Source of the DNA: Paragordius varius
Lineage: Eukaryota; Animalia; Nematomorpha
Direction of reading: 5' to 3'
Assembly: GCA_964247055.1 (NCBI GenBank)
Contig: OZ176050.1
Location: 14,198,001 to 14,262,000, forward strand
DNA: 64,000 nucleotides
Of this stretch, positions 38,332 through 51,600 are shown piece after piece; position 1 is the stretch's first letter; each line of letters opens with the position of its first letter. The position numbers and the translations under genes are program-made. The notes beneath the pieces were generated by a model. That model was given only the letters and a program-made list of their open reading frames with translations. It did not search any database and was not told the origin of the DNA.

Positions 38332-39814
38332 CAGGGGTTTCCAACACGCGAGCCGCTGCCTTTCAATAGGTAGCCCTCAAGAAACATTTAATAAACAAAA
38401 TTTCAATTATTCTAAATGATATCGATTTTCTTAAACTTAATGTTTTTCCGAATTTTGGTAAGAACCAGCAATCATTGTTAAAATAAATAATTGTTTTTCA
38501 GTTTTATGATTGAAATCTATATATTTATAAAAATGGAAAATGCTGGCTTTGTGATCTGGTACAGGAAAACCGGTAGACCCAATCAAATCCAAATATCGAA
38601 AAAATATAATCATTAATAAATGTCCCGACAATAGCTTCGCCCTTTTTTTGAAATAGGCCCCCAGTTCAGGCCCACCCCGTATGAAAAACGGGTTTTTTTT
38701 GAAAACAGAAGTCCACAAAATCGTGTTTTTGAGACAATTTTCCGGAGAACGTGTTGGACCATTCAATTTCAAATATGATTTTTGTTTACTTATTTTCGAT
38801 TGCGCCGAACATAGTCGAGCCACTTTTTTGATTTAGGCCCTCTTTTTACCCGCTCCCCCCGTAAAATGCCATTTTTTTCAAAAAACAAAGTCCACAAAAA
38901 TAATTTTTTAAATCGATTTTTCGTCCTAGGTATGAGACCTTAAAAATTCAATAAAGATTCCACGTATTCCCTGTTAAAAGGCAAAAATTTTAGTCCACCG
39001 TTTATTTGATGATAGCTGCTGGGTAAGGAGCTACCCGCTAAAAACTGATTTTTCATATAACTTTGTGAACTGTTTCCGGAAAACCGGTGATCCCAATCAA
39101 ATCCAAATATCGAAAAAATATAATCATTAATGAATGCCCCGACAATAGCTTCGCCCTTTTTTGGAATTAGGTCCCCAGTTCGGGCCCACCCCGTGTGAAA
39201 AATGGGTTAAGTCAATTTTTTGGAGAACGTGTTGGACCATTCAATTTCAAATATGAATTTTGTTTACTTATTTTTGATCGCGCTGAACATAGTCGAGTCA
39301 CTTTTTTGATTTAGGCCCTCTTTTTACCCGCTCCCCCCGTAAAATGCCATTTTTTTCAAAAAAAACAAAGTCCACAAAAATATTTTTTTGATTGTATTTT
39401 TTTGTCCACGGTATGAGACTGTAAAAATTCGAGAAAGATTTTTCGTATTGCCTGTTAAAAGGCAAAAATTTTAGTCAAGCGTTTCTTTGATGATAGCTGC
39501 TGAGTAAGGAGTATCTATCATATGTATAGCATGTTAAAAGATATATGGATATTAAAACATTATTTATGGTAATCTATATATTTATAAAAATGGAAAATGA
39601 TGGCTTTGTGATCTACAGGAAAAACGGTACACCCATTCAAATCCAAACTTCGAACCCCCCCCCCCCCCCCCCCAGAAGTCCGAAGGACTTCCTCGGGCTG
39701 TGTAGCAGCACGAGATTCACGCTAGTGTAATAATACAATTTTTGTTCATGCCCATATGTTTTACGAATGCGGCCCGTCTGATTTTTTGTCTAAATGCGGC
39801 ATTAGACACCCCTG
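38332..39814. mobile_element. Probable hAT-type non-autonomous element hosting Helitron-like copies
   Basis: Ends CAGGGGTTTCCAAC and TTAGACACCCCTG are imperfect TIRs. The flanking 8-mers do not match, so no TSD is supported. Confidence 0.45.
38515..39726 (-). mobile_element. Helitron-like copies in inverted orientation: two-unit body 38515-39515 and a minimal 155-bp copy 39572-39726
   Basis: Family 3' end at 38515 and again at 39572; family 5' end at 39726 (GCACGAGATTCACGCTAGT). Confidence 0.75.
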
Positions 39815-41616
39815 ATAATTTTTCATAATGATTCTTTGCATTAATATTTACTCAGATTTTTTAATTTAAAGGTTCGTTTGCTGTCAAACTTGGGTAAATT
39901 TTTTTACAAAAAAATTATTTATTTAAACATATTGAAGTCAATGAATATTTTAATCAGCATTCTGAACTTAAAGCGTACGGTTTCCATCATGCCTCAATAC
40001 AGAATGTACGCTTCAACAAAGTTGTGTTAATAATTTAATTTTTAAACTATGTTTGCATCTTTCATAAATATGTTTTAGTAGCCATGACCCAGTAACATGT
40101 ATAAAAGCTATCGCGAAATCTCGGCATTTTTGCGTTTGTTTAAACAAAACTAGCCCATTTTATAGTACCGCATCTGAAACTTAAAGGTACACTAGGATTG
40201 ATGTTTTAATTTTTGAATATAGTATATCACATTTTTTAATGATATTTTTGGAATAAAGCATTTAGCTTCAACAAGAAATTCAGTTTATAATTAAACGACA
40301 ATCTATTACTGGGATGTCACCATAGTGCAAATGAAGCCATTTTCACAATATATTTATAATGCATTTTCATTTATTCATAAAATAGCTCGCCATTAAAATC
40401 AAACATAGGGGTTAAGGAAAAACAGGCAAAAAATATATAATGTTTTGAAGTTTAGGTCCTTTTCATTAGGCGAGTCTAAAAATGAAAATAAAAGTATATT
40501 TATTGATTTAATTGTTATCAAAAATTCATACATGTTAAGTAATTAGTCTACAAAATCACTGTTACCTGAAATTGCTACTTATGAAAAATACTCTTGGTAA
40601 TTTAATTTGTCTAGGATGTTTTTGTGAAGGCTCATCTTATTTAAAAAAATGATCTTGATTATAGAAACGCGGTTAAATTATGATAAAAAATCTTTTTTTA
40701 ATTTTCACAGTTGAAAATATAAGCTTTAAATTTATTGGAATGCAACGTTTACTAAAAAAATATTAGGTATATCTAAGCTAATAAATTTAAAAATTCCCAA
40801 CTTTATTTCTAAATGAAATAATTATTTTTAGGAAGAACACAAATTTATCGAATGTGTATTAATTTTAAAATAGGCAAAAATTCTTTTTGCCTTAAAATCG
40901 TGTCTACAACTGTGAAAACTAAAAAGACAATTATAAGCCCAGATTGTTTATCGTTATGCTTCCAGCATTATTCAAGTCTAAATTAAAATTTTGGGCATTT
41001 TTTATCTCTGATAAAAAGGTTAATGTTATATAGATAGAAAATATATTAAATATTACGATTCTATAATGTATTGAGTTGCCATGCCGTCACATTTGGTAAC
41101 CTAAAAATAGCATATATCTAAAAATTTTCCAAGTCAAATTTATCAATAAGTTTCTCATTATTATTTTAAATCTATTTATATAGATTAGGCTGATGTAATT
41201 TTATTAACTTTACATGCTACATATTAAATTGGATATATATTTGATAATTAACGGCCAATTATTTTTGTACAAAAATTTATAAATTTTAAAAAATTAAAAA
41301 TTTAATATTTGAAATTTTAACGCCCTATATTTGTTGTTCAATTTATATCTTGTTATCTTTTTATCAAGAAAGTTTCGGTTGCTTGCTCAGGGCTGACAGC
41401 GATTATAAATAAGTTTTTTATAAACATATCTTTACCTTATACTACTATTAACAACATTTCTCCTCTTCATTTCACATTTATGCATATAAATTATATATCC
41501 ATAATCTTTTTAAGTTTAATAATAATCAATAAGTTTTTATGCTTTATAAACACCAATGTAATAAATTGCTATATGAATGATGATGATAGTTATTATAAAT
41601 ATTTCATGTATTTTAC

Positions 41617-41774
41617 CCTAAATTCAACAGGGGTATTAATCGCAGCAAAAGTAATTGTGTGATTGACCAGGTTCCCAAGTTTTCCGAAATAAGTTGCAGT
41701 AATTCCTACGGGCGGAGTTGCAATCGGATCCGTTTCATTTTTGATGGTGTAGGTGTTTCCATCCCTAACTATAA
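41617..41774 (-). CDS. Possible internal exon of an unidentified gene
   Basis: TTTAG acceptor and GTAAAA donor bound 52 open codons IVRDGNTYTIKNETDPIATPPVGITATYFGKLGNLVNHTITFAAINTPVEFR. The codon-aligned plus frame is also open, so the strand is uncertain. Confidence 0.3.
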
Positions 41775-41826
41775 CTAAAGCAATGGTTTAACGAAACTTA
41801 TCTATGGGTAGAGTATTAAGCAATGG

Positions 41827-42516
41827 ATGTTTTTAAACAAATTTTATCCATACATACGTAAACAACTGCAATAAATTGTTATAATATCTATTAGTTATTG
41901 TGGAAGTTTGTGCCCTTACTTTTATCGATTTTCATAAATCCGTGGAATATATGGTATGCGTTTAACTTTTTATGAAAATAAGTTTGGCAAAAAACAAAAT
42001 TTTATAAATAAATTAGAAACTTGACTGTACATATTTTGCGGTAAAAACTATTTTAAACTGTAACGATATTTCTTTTTCTTTTAGATATCAAAAAGATTAG
42101 TGAAATTTGAACCGTCCCTCACGAGCTAAACGTTTTAAATCTACTCAGATGTAAGTGGCTATCATTAAAGCTAATTTGCTACGGGTGAAAACTTTAGCCG
42201 AAGTGTAGGAAACCAACAGGTTCCAGACATATTTGGGCCAATTTTAAAAGTCAGACAAGAAAAAAGAGATAAATATATCAGATATTCGTTGTGCAAGAGA
42301 CAGCCAGTGAATTAGAAACGGTGGTCGTCGAATCGTCATTAGCTTATAATAGAAATGGTCAGTGGTGGACAGTCAATCGGTGACAATAACAAATTGATGC
42401 ATTCATCTATCAGATTATAAATACTTCATCAAGATATTTTTTGTGGGTTAATATAAATAAATTATGTCAGGGCGTTATATAATGAGATGCGATATGGAAT
42501 CATTTTATCAGAAGCG
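41827..42516 (+). CDS. Possible multi-exon gene with short introns (incomplete model)
   Basis: Phase-compatible pairs: 41827-41857 + 41895-41953 (MFLNKFYPYILIVEVCALTFIDFHKSVEYM, 37-nt intron) and 42282-42379 + 42471-42516 (IFVVQETASELETVVVESSLAYNRNGQWWTVNRALYNEMRYGIILSEA). The link between the pairs is unresolved and no family was recognised. Confidence 0.35.
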
Positions 42517-45500
42517 GTAAGAGAGAATTGTTTAGTTAATCCATATTAACAAAATCAACCAGAAAGCCATCAAAATCGAATAAATAAATTCATATATCTT
42601 AAATCGTGCATATACACCAGTGATCGGTATATAAACTAATTTAATAAGCAGACAGCTAAAGTGCTATTGGGTTCAATCAAGGAGAAATAGCTAAATTTAG
42701 AGCATTGTTGCGTGTGAATACAAAGGAAGGGTAAAGGAAAATAGTTGAAATGGATAGTTAAATATTTGCTATTAAAATCATCCTTTTCACTTTTTATATT
42801 GGTATAGAAGAGAAAGTGAGTTGCTACAGTGGGCCTCGATTAAATTAAAAACTCCCGCCCACTGGTATAATCAGTTATTATAAGCAGAACGCTTCACTCT
42901 CCCAAAAAACTGTTTAGGCTGTGATAATTTTTGTAAGAACAAAGAAAACAATTTATCCAGCATTATGACCATTTAATCTTATCTCTTAAATAAATATTTT
43001 TATGCCTCTTGTGCGGCATACTTAACAACACGAACCTCAAAAATACATATCTACAGATTTCTATCAATTTAGATCCTAATTTGCCTTCAAACTATTTTAG
43101 AAACACCAGAATTTCTTTCAGAACCTATGATAACAAACAAGGGTTAAAATACAAACGTATGGTTGTATACTTATAAACCAAACAATCCTGAAAAGCTTTT
43201 TTACCTTAATTGATACAAAAATCAATTAATTATCTTTCATTTTTGGTTTATATAAAAACATTCTTTTTATTTTTTACGTTTCGTCTTTATATGTTTTTTT
43301 TGTTTTTCTTGTATAGGCAATGAATCCAAAAAAATTATTAGGCCGCAATTTTTTTTATCTTGTCTGCCGCGATATAATACCGATAAAAATTTCATAATTG
43401 TCTGACACATTTGCAATTGATTTTCAAATAAGGTATAAATAAATTAAAAAGAAATTTTAAGAGACGCAGTTTGAGTACCACTGCTGTATTTAAATAATAA
43501 AAGATATACTCATTTCACATGTGTTCATAAGGAGAGTATACATAGATAGGGTGCAATCAGCGACAGGTCCTTTATTTAAAGTTAAAACTGAATTATTGTA
43601 TTCTATAATTGTGTTTGGTGCTGTCAGACGAGTATTATTAGAGGACCCAATTTTTTCGCAATCTCCTAAATTTAAAGGAAAAATGCTGGCTTTATATGTA
43701 AGATATCATAGTAAAAATTGAAATTATGCAGACAAAATATAAAAATATAAATAATTTTATATATATATATTACAAATGTAAAATATACAGTAATAATCGA
43801 ATTCATATGGACAAAACGTGAAAATATAAAGACAAAAGTTTTTTTCTAAAAGACACCATACTTATTAAATCATTATTATACTAGCTGGCCCTGTACTTTG
43901 TTGTGACGTAGTCTAAACTATAATTATTCTAATAATTTGCAATAAATAGAGGTAATGGAGATAAATAATGAAAAACATATTAAATAAAAGAAATCTTTTT
44001 AATTATTCTTTTACGGGTTTTTGTATATGTTTAAATGTTGTTTATAAATTGACCATATTTAAACTGGCCCTTATGAAAGTTAATATTATACTATCATCCG
44101 ATTTAATTTAAGATTGTTTTACGAAATTATGATTAAAAGGTTTATTTTGAAATTGTGTTACAGCTGGGATCAAGGGATATAAAAAGTAATTCATTTTCTG
44201 GTCCCTTTTTAAAGGATAGAATGTACAAATTCGCCAGAAATGTGTTTGAACTCGTATGTATTCTAAGTTTTTAATCAGCTCCAAAACCACGCCATTTATG
44301 TATGGCGTCTCAGTTTTAAACCGGTAGATCCCTACCCATAGACTTATATGAAAAAGCGCCGAGTTAAATTCTTTGCCTTTATAGGGCAAATATTTGGAAT
44401 CATTTTTGATCGGTGTGGTATATTACACAGTTTCCACAAAAAAATATCCAGATGAAATATATATATTTTGAGGGGAAAAATTCAGGATTATCATGGCGCT
44501 TTTGAAATTATTAGATGTGGGCTCTGAAAGTCTCAAATTTTTTGCTCCTTTTAAAATGGACTGTTCTTTTAACATAAACGCAAAAATTTCGACATTGTGC
44601 AATAATTTAGCAAAATTTTGTTGAAGCGTACTTCGTATTATTTTGAGCAAGATGGAAACGATCTAAGTTGAGATGTTATAACATTTTATATATATAATTC
44701 GATTATGCTAATTCTTAATCAAAATTTTAATTAAAGGATTCGTGCGTTTTCAAATTTATGTTAAATAGAAAATATATTTTTTAACAAAAACTCACCAAAA
44801 TTTGCAATCAAAGAAGCCTTTAAATCAAAATTGTGAACCTATAGCAATGCTCAACATCCTCGAATTATTTAAAAGGGTTTTGTTATACCTTAGAGCGTTT
44901 TGCCGTTTCCATCATGCTTCAAAATAGTTTGAAGACGCTTCAACAAAATATCTCATTGTTTATGCAAAAAATAAGAAAATTAATGAAAATTAAAGTTTAG
45001 GAAAAAATTTAAGAAATATGATACTCCCACCTAATAAGTATAGAAAACGTAAAATCTCTTATTTTTACGAATAAAAAGGTTATTTCGAAATGATATGCCA
45101 TAAAAAATAAATTTTATATAACATGTTAGGGAATAACAATTTTCTTTATAATTTTCGGTTTGATAATTATAACAAAAAATGAACTTTCTAAACTTGATCA
45201 AACATTTATTAAAATATCATAAATGAATTTATTAATTTTAAATATTGAAGCACCTCTTTTTGCGGAAGCCCTGAGTGAAAGAGCCATTAGCCTCAATCTT
45301 AAGGTGGAGTCCGATGTTTATATTTCGCCACTGCGCAAAAGGCTGCAATCTTAAGTTTTATGTATAATTTGAGCAGAAAATAAAACCAATTAAAAAATGG
45401 GCCAATCTTTTACCGAAAAATGAACCATTTCTCTACAAATTATGAGGTTATTTTTACAGAGGGTACTATATTAAGTTCTAAAATATTTTTTTGAATACAT

Positions 45501-45635
45501 AAAAGGTTATATATTTATAAAAAATTAGTTTTTTCTAATTTCAAAAAGCAGTACAAAAGTTGCGCAGTATAGGCTCAGTTTTTTCAGAAAAAACTGTACT
45601 GTACTGCGAAAAATAGCCTATCTGGTCATATTTAG

Positions 45636-46527
45636 TTACGGGTAATATTTCAAGTCTTTATTGAACTCATAAGGCCTAAATTTTAATTTGCCTCCAAAGT
45701 CACGCTGTATCGATATGGTTTCGTAGCTGTTGGCGGGTAGCCCCCCACCCAGAAGCCAATATAAAAAAGACGTTCGATAAAAAATTTTTGCCTTTATAGG
45801 GGAACACCTGAATCATTATTCATTCCTTATTTCTTAATATTTGGAAGAATGGCTTAAAAACTAAACAATAGTTTACTAATAGCGCATTTTTTAGGGCGTA
45901 AAAGGCCTAATTAATAACTAAATCTAATAAACCGCTCGACCTAAATTTTTGCCTTTTTACGGGTAAAATTTTCTGAAATTTAGCCCCAAAGGCAGGTTAT
46001 TTCGATAAAACGGGTTAGTTTTTAGCGGATATCTCCTTACCCAGCAGCTATCATGAAAGAAACGTTTGACAATTTTTGCCTTTTAACAGGGAATACCTGG
46101 AATCCTTATTAAATTTTATTATACTTTGGGCGAAAAATAGATTCGAAAAATTATTTTTGTGGACTTAATTTTTTTTGAAAAAAATGGCATTTTACGGAGG
46201 GAGCGGTAAAAAGAGGGCCTAAATTAAAAAAGTTGGACGACTATGTTTGGAGCAATCAAAAAAAAGAAAAATTATATTTGAAATCAAATGGTCCAACATG
46301 TTTTCTGGAAAATTGTCTCAACGATTTTTGTGGACTTAAGTTTTAAAAAAACCCGTTTTTTACACGGGGTGGTCCCGAACTGGGGACCTAATTAAAAAAG
46401 GGTGTAGCTATTTTCGTGGCGTTCATTAATGATTATAATTTTTTGATATTTGGATTTGAATGGGTTCACCGGTTTTCCGGTAACAGATCATAAAGCCACC
46501 ACTTTCCATTTTTATAAATATATAGAT
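45636..46527 (+). mobile_element. Helitron-like family, 5'-truncated copy
   Basis: Internal subrepeats and the family 3' end ...CACTTTCCATTTTTATAAATATATAGAT. A further fragment lies near 44270-44408. Confidence 0.65.
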
Positions 46528-48609
46528 ATTCATTATTTTAAATGGCAAAGTATGAAATAGTGGTATATATAACTAACACAATAAATTCCATATTTTACAA
46601 TTGTAACTAAATAGCTATCTGAGAAAAATTAAGATTTTAAAAAATATGGTTGTTTTTAGGGATAAAAAATATTCTTTAAATTTTACTTTTATTTAAATTT
46701 CTATTACTTTTTAATTTTATTTTAAAATTTAAAAAATTTGGTCGTTTAAAATATTTAAATTTTCACGTTTTGTTCGTATAATTTGATTTTTTACTGTAAT
46801 ATGTATTTTTAAATAATATAGACATGGTATGACTTTGAACCCAACACCCCGATTTCAAAAAAGGGATGGATTATTATACTATTATGAGAAAAATTGCCTT
46901 AAGATTGAGTTAAATGAATTTCATTTTTTTTGTATAAAAATAATCATCTTTCTAAACCTTTTACGGTCTAGGTAAATACCTGTTTAAATATATTAAATTT
47001 GAAAGTAAAGAGTATGGAAGGCTAGTACTAGATTGTACTATAAAACATTGTATTTAGCCCAAATTATTTTGTGAAAAATACCTAGGTGCCTATATTTTAA
47101 TGGATTCTACCACATGGTAAATACCCATAATCGAAAATTTGAAAATTTAGAGCACACATCTCACAATAATGCCAATGCATTTGATCAAATTATCGAAATG
47201 TTTTGTAAATTATGTTTAAAAAGCAAATTTTAATATCTATAGCAAGAGCTTTAGTTCAGTGTGAATTTTTTAAATCTTTAACTCAAGACTTTGCGATAAG
47301 AATTTTTATATTAAGTGAGATTATTTCATAATTTATTTTCAAATAGAAATTATGTGCTTTGGAAGAGCAAAGCTTAAGGTATTTTGCAAATATGACTTTA
47401 ATTTAAAAATTTTTTAAATAAGTTATTGTCAATTAATTTAAAATAGAAATAACCGGGTGACTACAGTTTTTTTAACGTTTTGACCTTAACAGAATTTCAA
47501 TGATTTTTAAAATATGTGATATTATGTTTTGAATATAACATATATAGTTATTGTCTTTTATATCAATTTTGCCATTGTACGCACATGTTAATTTACCGTA
47601 TAAATTAAAATTATGCGGGGCAAAACGTAAATAAAGAAAAAAAAATTTTTCAAAAGACAACCATTTGTGAGTCTTAATTTTTTGAAAGCATGAAAAAGAG
47701 ATGTTTATTAATATATTTACAATAGTAATAAAACAGAGTATAAGGGATGTTTAAAAAACCATGGTTGTACGTTTTGAAAAAAATATTTGTCTATAATTTC
47801 CATATTGCTGTAAAAACCAAAAATTATTTTCTTCTAATTACAATTTATATATATATATATATCAGACAAAATGTCAAATTTTAAAATAAATTTTTACCAT
47901 TGATCATGCTATCTTTCAAGGCTACGAGAAAGATGATGGCACATATAATTGTTGCGTTAAAGCTGTTTGATACCATTTTCTAAGGCTTTATGGCTAAAAT
48001 ATAGGAAAAAATTTCATTCATGATTTTAATTTTTTTGCCCGCAAAGATATATATGGGGATATATATATATATATAAGTAAAAATAGAAATTAAACGGACA
48101 AAATGTAAAAATGTAAGGACAAATATTTTTTTTTCAAAGGACAATTATACTTTTTCAAACCTTTATGATTCATACATAATCTATTTATATTGTATAAGAT
48201 TGATTGTGTTAGTAAGTAATATACATTCTATAACACACATTAATATTTCAAACAATGAGTTATATTGAAGATTTAAAAATTATCATTGTCTTTTGGAAAA
48301 AAATATTTGTCTTTATTTACGTTTTGTCCATAGTATAATTTCAATTTTTACTGTACCATAGATCAATTATATAAAATAAGTACTGTTTTTGATAGTTATT
48401 TTAATTAAAATTTAATTATTTTTTCTCATAAAATAGATAAGAAAGCTTATATTTTTTACGGTTTTATAACTTCTAAAGACAGCTTGAAACGAACAGCTGA
48501 TAATAAAATCAATATATACACCAAGTTTTTTTGATAAAATATAGACTGAAAGCTTTTATAAGTTAATAATTTAGTTTTTATAATACATACATTTACCTGT
48601 TGCATTAAC

Positions 48610-51600
48610 GAATAACACTTTGATTCAATTTGGGGTATCTCAATACCCCAGAATAAATTTGAGTTAGCATTTTTAATAAACTACTGAAGGAAACTGTCCA
48701 AATTTAAATTTATGCTTTTATCCTAATAAAATTTATATTAAAAAGCCAAATTATATTGATAAAATTTCATTTTGAAAAAAAAAGTTACATGTTAAACTAC
48801 TTCGCCGCCATTCTTATTTTACAAAATTTTTGCGAAATATCGTCTTCCTTTAATTTTATGGGTAAAATTAAAGCTAATTTTTATTTAAATTACATAAAAC
48901 ATTGATAGAAATAGAAACAGCGGTTTATTTTTAATTATTTTTTAATTTTACCATTTCAAACATTTCACGTTGACTAAATTTTCACCTTTCTGTTTTAGGT
49001 TAAAATAAGTTATATCAAGTATTTTTAAATATGTTTTTTTATATATTTCGGTTTATTAATGTTATATTAATATAAGAATTAATTTGGCAAACGTATGAAT
49101 ATATTATTAATAAATAAAAAAAATTTATTAATAAAACTTATATTTCGACCATGTTAGCATGATCTTGATCACAGTGGTGAGAATGAAATTGAGCTACTAT
49201 ATATACCAGTAAAAACCAATTATAGGATTAAAAAGATTATAGAAAATTAATAAATGTGATTAAGTGGGTGTAGATTGTTTGAAGTAGTAAGTACAAATAT
49301 TATAATATATAATAAGGGCTGATTAGTGTTGTTGTTACTGTAAAACATAAGTCCATATTGATGAAAGATTATATCCATCCGCTCTGTTGAGTAGAGCATT
49401 ATTCTTTTTAATTTCAATTGCTTCTAATATTAATCGTTTAAAGGGGTTGTTAATGTTGTGAAGTACCTCGGTTTTAATTATTTTGTGGCCTTCGTTGCAG
49501 ACGTGTTCTGCTAAGCCGGAATTAGGCTTATTGTGCTTGATATAATGTTGGTGTTCCTTTAATCTAATATTAATAGATCTGCTTGTCTCGCCTACGTAAA
49601 CTTCATTGCAAGAGCAGGTAGCCTTATATATTACGGATTCCTCAGCAAGATGTTTTACAGCTAGTTGAGAATTAACCGAAAAAGGTCTACACCCTGATAT
49701 TCCCAACCTAACTAAACTATGTCAAACAAACAACTATTTCCTCTTTAATAATAAATTCTACCTACAAAAACAAAGCACCCCAATAGGTTCTAGTATCTCT
49801 CCAATCCTGGCAGATTTATTTATGGAAAATCTAGAAGAACAAATTTTTGTCTCCTCTACACTCCTCCTTCAATCTGGCTCAGATATGTTGATGACATTTT
49901 CATGATCTGGCCACATGGAACCAGTAAGTTAGTTGATTTTGTAAATTTTATAAATCAAATACATGCTAATATAAAATTTACTATGGACTCTAACCCTACC
50001 TGTATCAGTTTTCTTGATACACTAGTGACTATATCCAATGGAAAACTCAACCATACTGTCTACAGAAAACCCACACATACCAATCTTTACCTCAACGCAA
50101 ATTCACACCATTACCCACCTCAAAAACATTCAGTAATTAACACATTAATAAAACGTGCTTACAATTTATGTGATCCAACTTCACTCAAGTCAGAAATCAA
50201 TACACTTAAACATGCTTTTGAACTTAACGGTTACTCAAAATATCTTTTTGACAAAATACATAATAAAACAACATATAAAAATAATAATACATTTGTGTCG
50301 ACAGCCATTTTGCCCTACATTCAAAATGTCACACCAAAAATTGGCAAAATCTTAAATAAATTCAATATTCGGTCAGTATACACACCTTTTAAAAAACTAA
50401 TTAATCTTACAAAAGTTAAAGATCCAATCTCTCGAGACAAATTACCCGGAATATATAAGGCTACCTGCTCTTGCAATGAAGTTTACGTAGGCGAGACAAG
50501 CAGATCTATTAATATTAGGTTAAAGGAACACCAACAATATATCAAGCACAATAAGCCTAATTCCGGCTTAGCAGAACACGTCTGCAACGAAGGCCACAAA
50601 ATAATTAAAACCGAGGTACTTCACAACATTAACAACCCCTTTAAACGATTAATATTAGAAGCAATTGAAATTAAAAAGAATAATGCTCTACTCAACAGAG
50701 CGGATGGATATAATCTTTCATCAATATGGACTTATGTTTTACAGTAACAACAACACTAATCACCCCTTATTATATATTATAATATTTGTATTTACTACTT
50801 CAAACAATCAATTACACCCACTTAATCACATTTATTAATTTTCTATAATCTTTTTAATCCTATAATTGGTTTTTACTGGTATATATAGTAGCTCAATTTC
50901 ATTCTCACCACTGTGATCAAGATCATGCTAACATGGTCGAAATATAAGTTTTATTAATAAATTTTTTTTATTTATTAATAATATATTCATACGTTTGCCA
51001 AATTAATTCTTATATTGTCATTCACGTATGGAATCCTTAAATTTTAATGTTATATTAAGTCCAAAATTTTGCCATGGTTTCGGTTCCTTTAATAATTATT
51101 AATGAATTCAATTTCAAACAGGCCTGGGGTATTGTCCTAACCCAATTTGAATCGAACGACAGAAAATGAATGTGTTGTACCCAAGTGTCAATAAAAAATT
51201 AAAGAAAAATATGGCGGCAACAATTGAGATAAGGATCTTTTCAACACCTGGTAACAAGACACTCGTTTTAGTCCTTCGATTCAAATTGGGCTAGTTAAAT
51301 ACCCCAGGGATATTTAAAATTTGTTAAAAATATGGAAGGAATCGAAACCATGGCACAACATTAATAAACCGAAATAAATAAAAATTTTATTCAAAAATAC
51401 TTGATATTACTCATTTTAAGCTAAAACTGAAAGGTAAATAATTTCGTCAACGTGACATGCGTGAAATGGTAAAATTAAAAAATAATACAAAATAAACCGC
51501 TTTTTCTATTTCTATCAATGTTAGATGTTATTTAATAAACAAATTAGCTTTAATTTTACCCTTAAAATTAAATGAGGTATTTTGCAAAATTTTGTAAAAT

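Noticed and set aside
41085-41103. Candidate right TIR (CACATTTGGTAACCTAA) for the hAT element beginning at 29377
   Set aside because: Too degenerate, lacking the GGGAC subterminal repeats, and without a matching 8-bp TSD.
41617-41760. Cys-rich frame (DCNSARRNYC...YFCCD-YPC) suggesting a Ly6-like motif with stop-codon reassignment
   Set aside because: It needs read-through of TAA, TGA and TAG, while MAF1 and the claudin end on ordinary stops, and another frame is fully open.
49335-49706. Minus-strand ORF that looks like a stand-alone GIY-YIG nuclease gene
   Set aside because: It is the inverted copy of the Penelope 3' end. Its N-terminus is antisense RT sequence joined at the inversion point.
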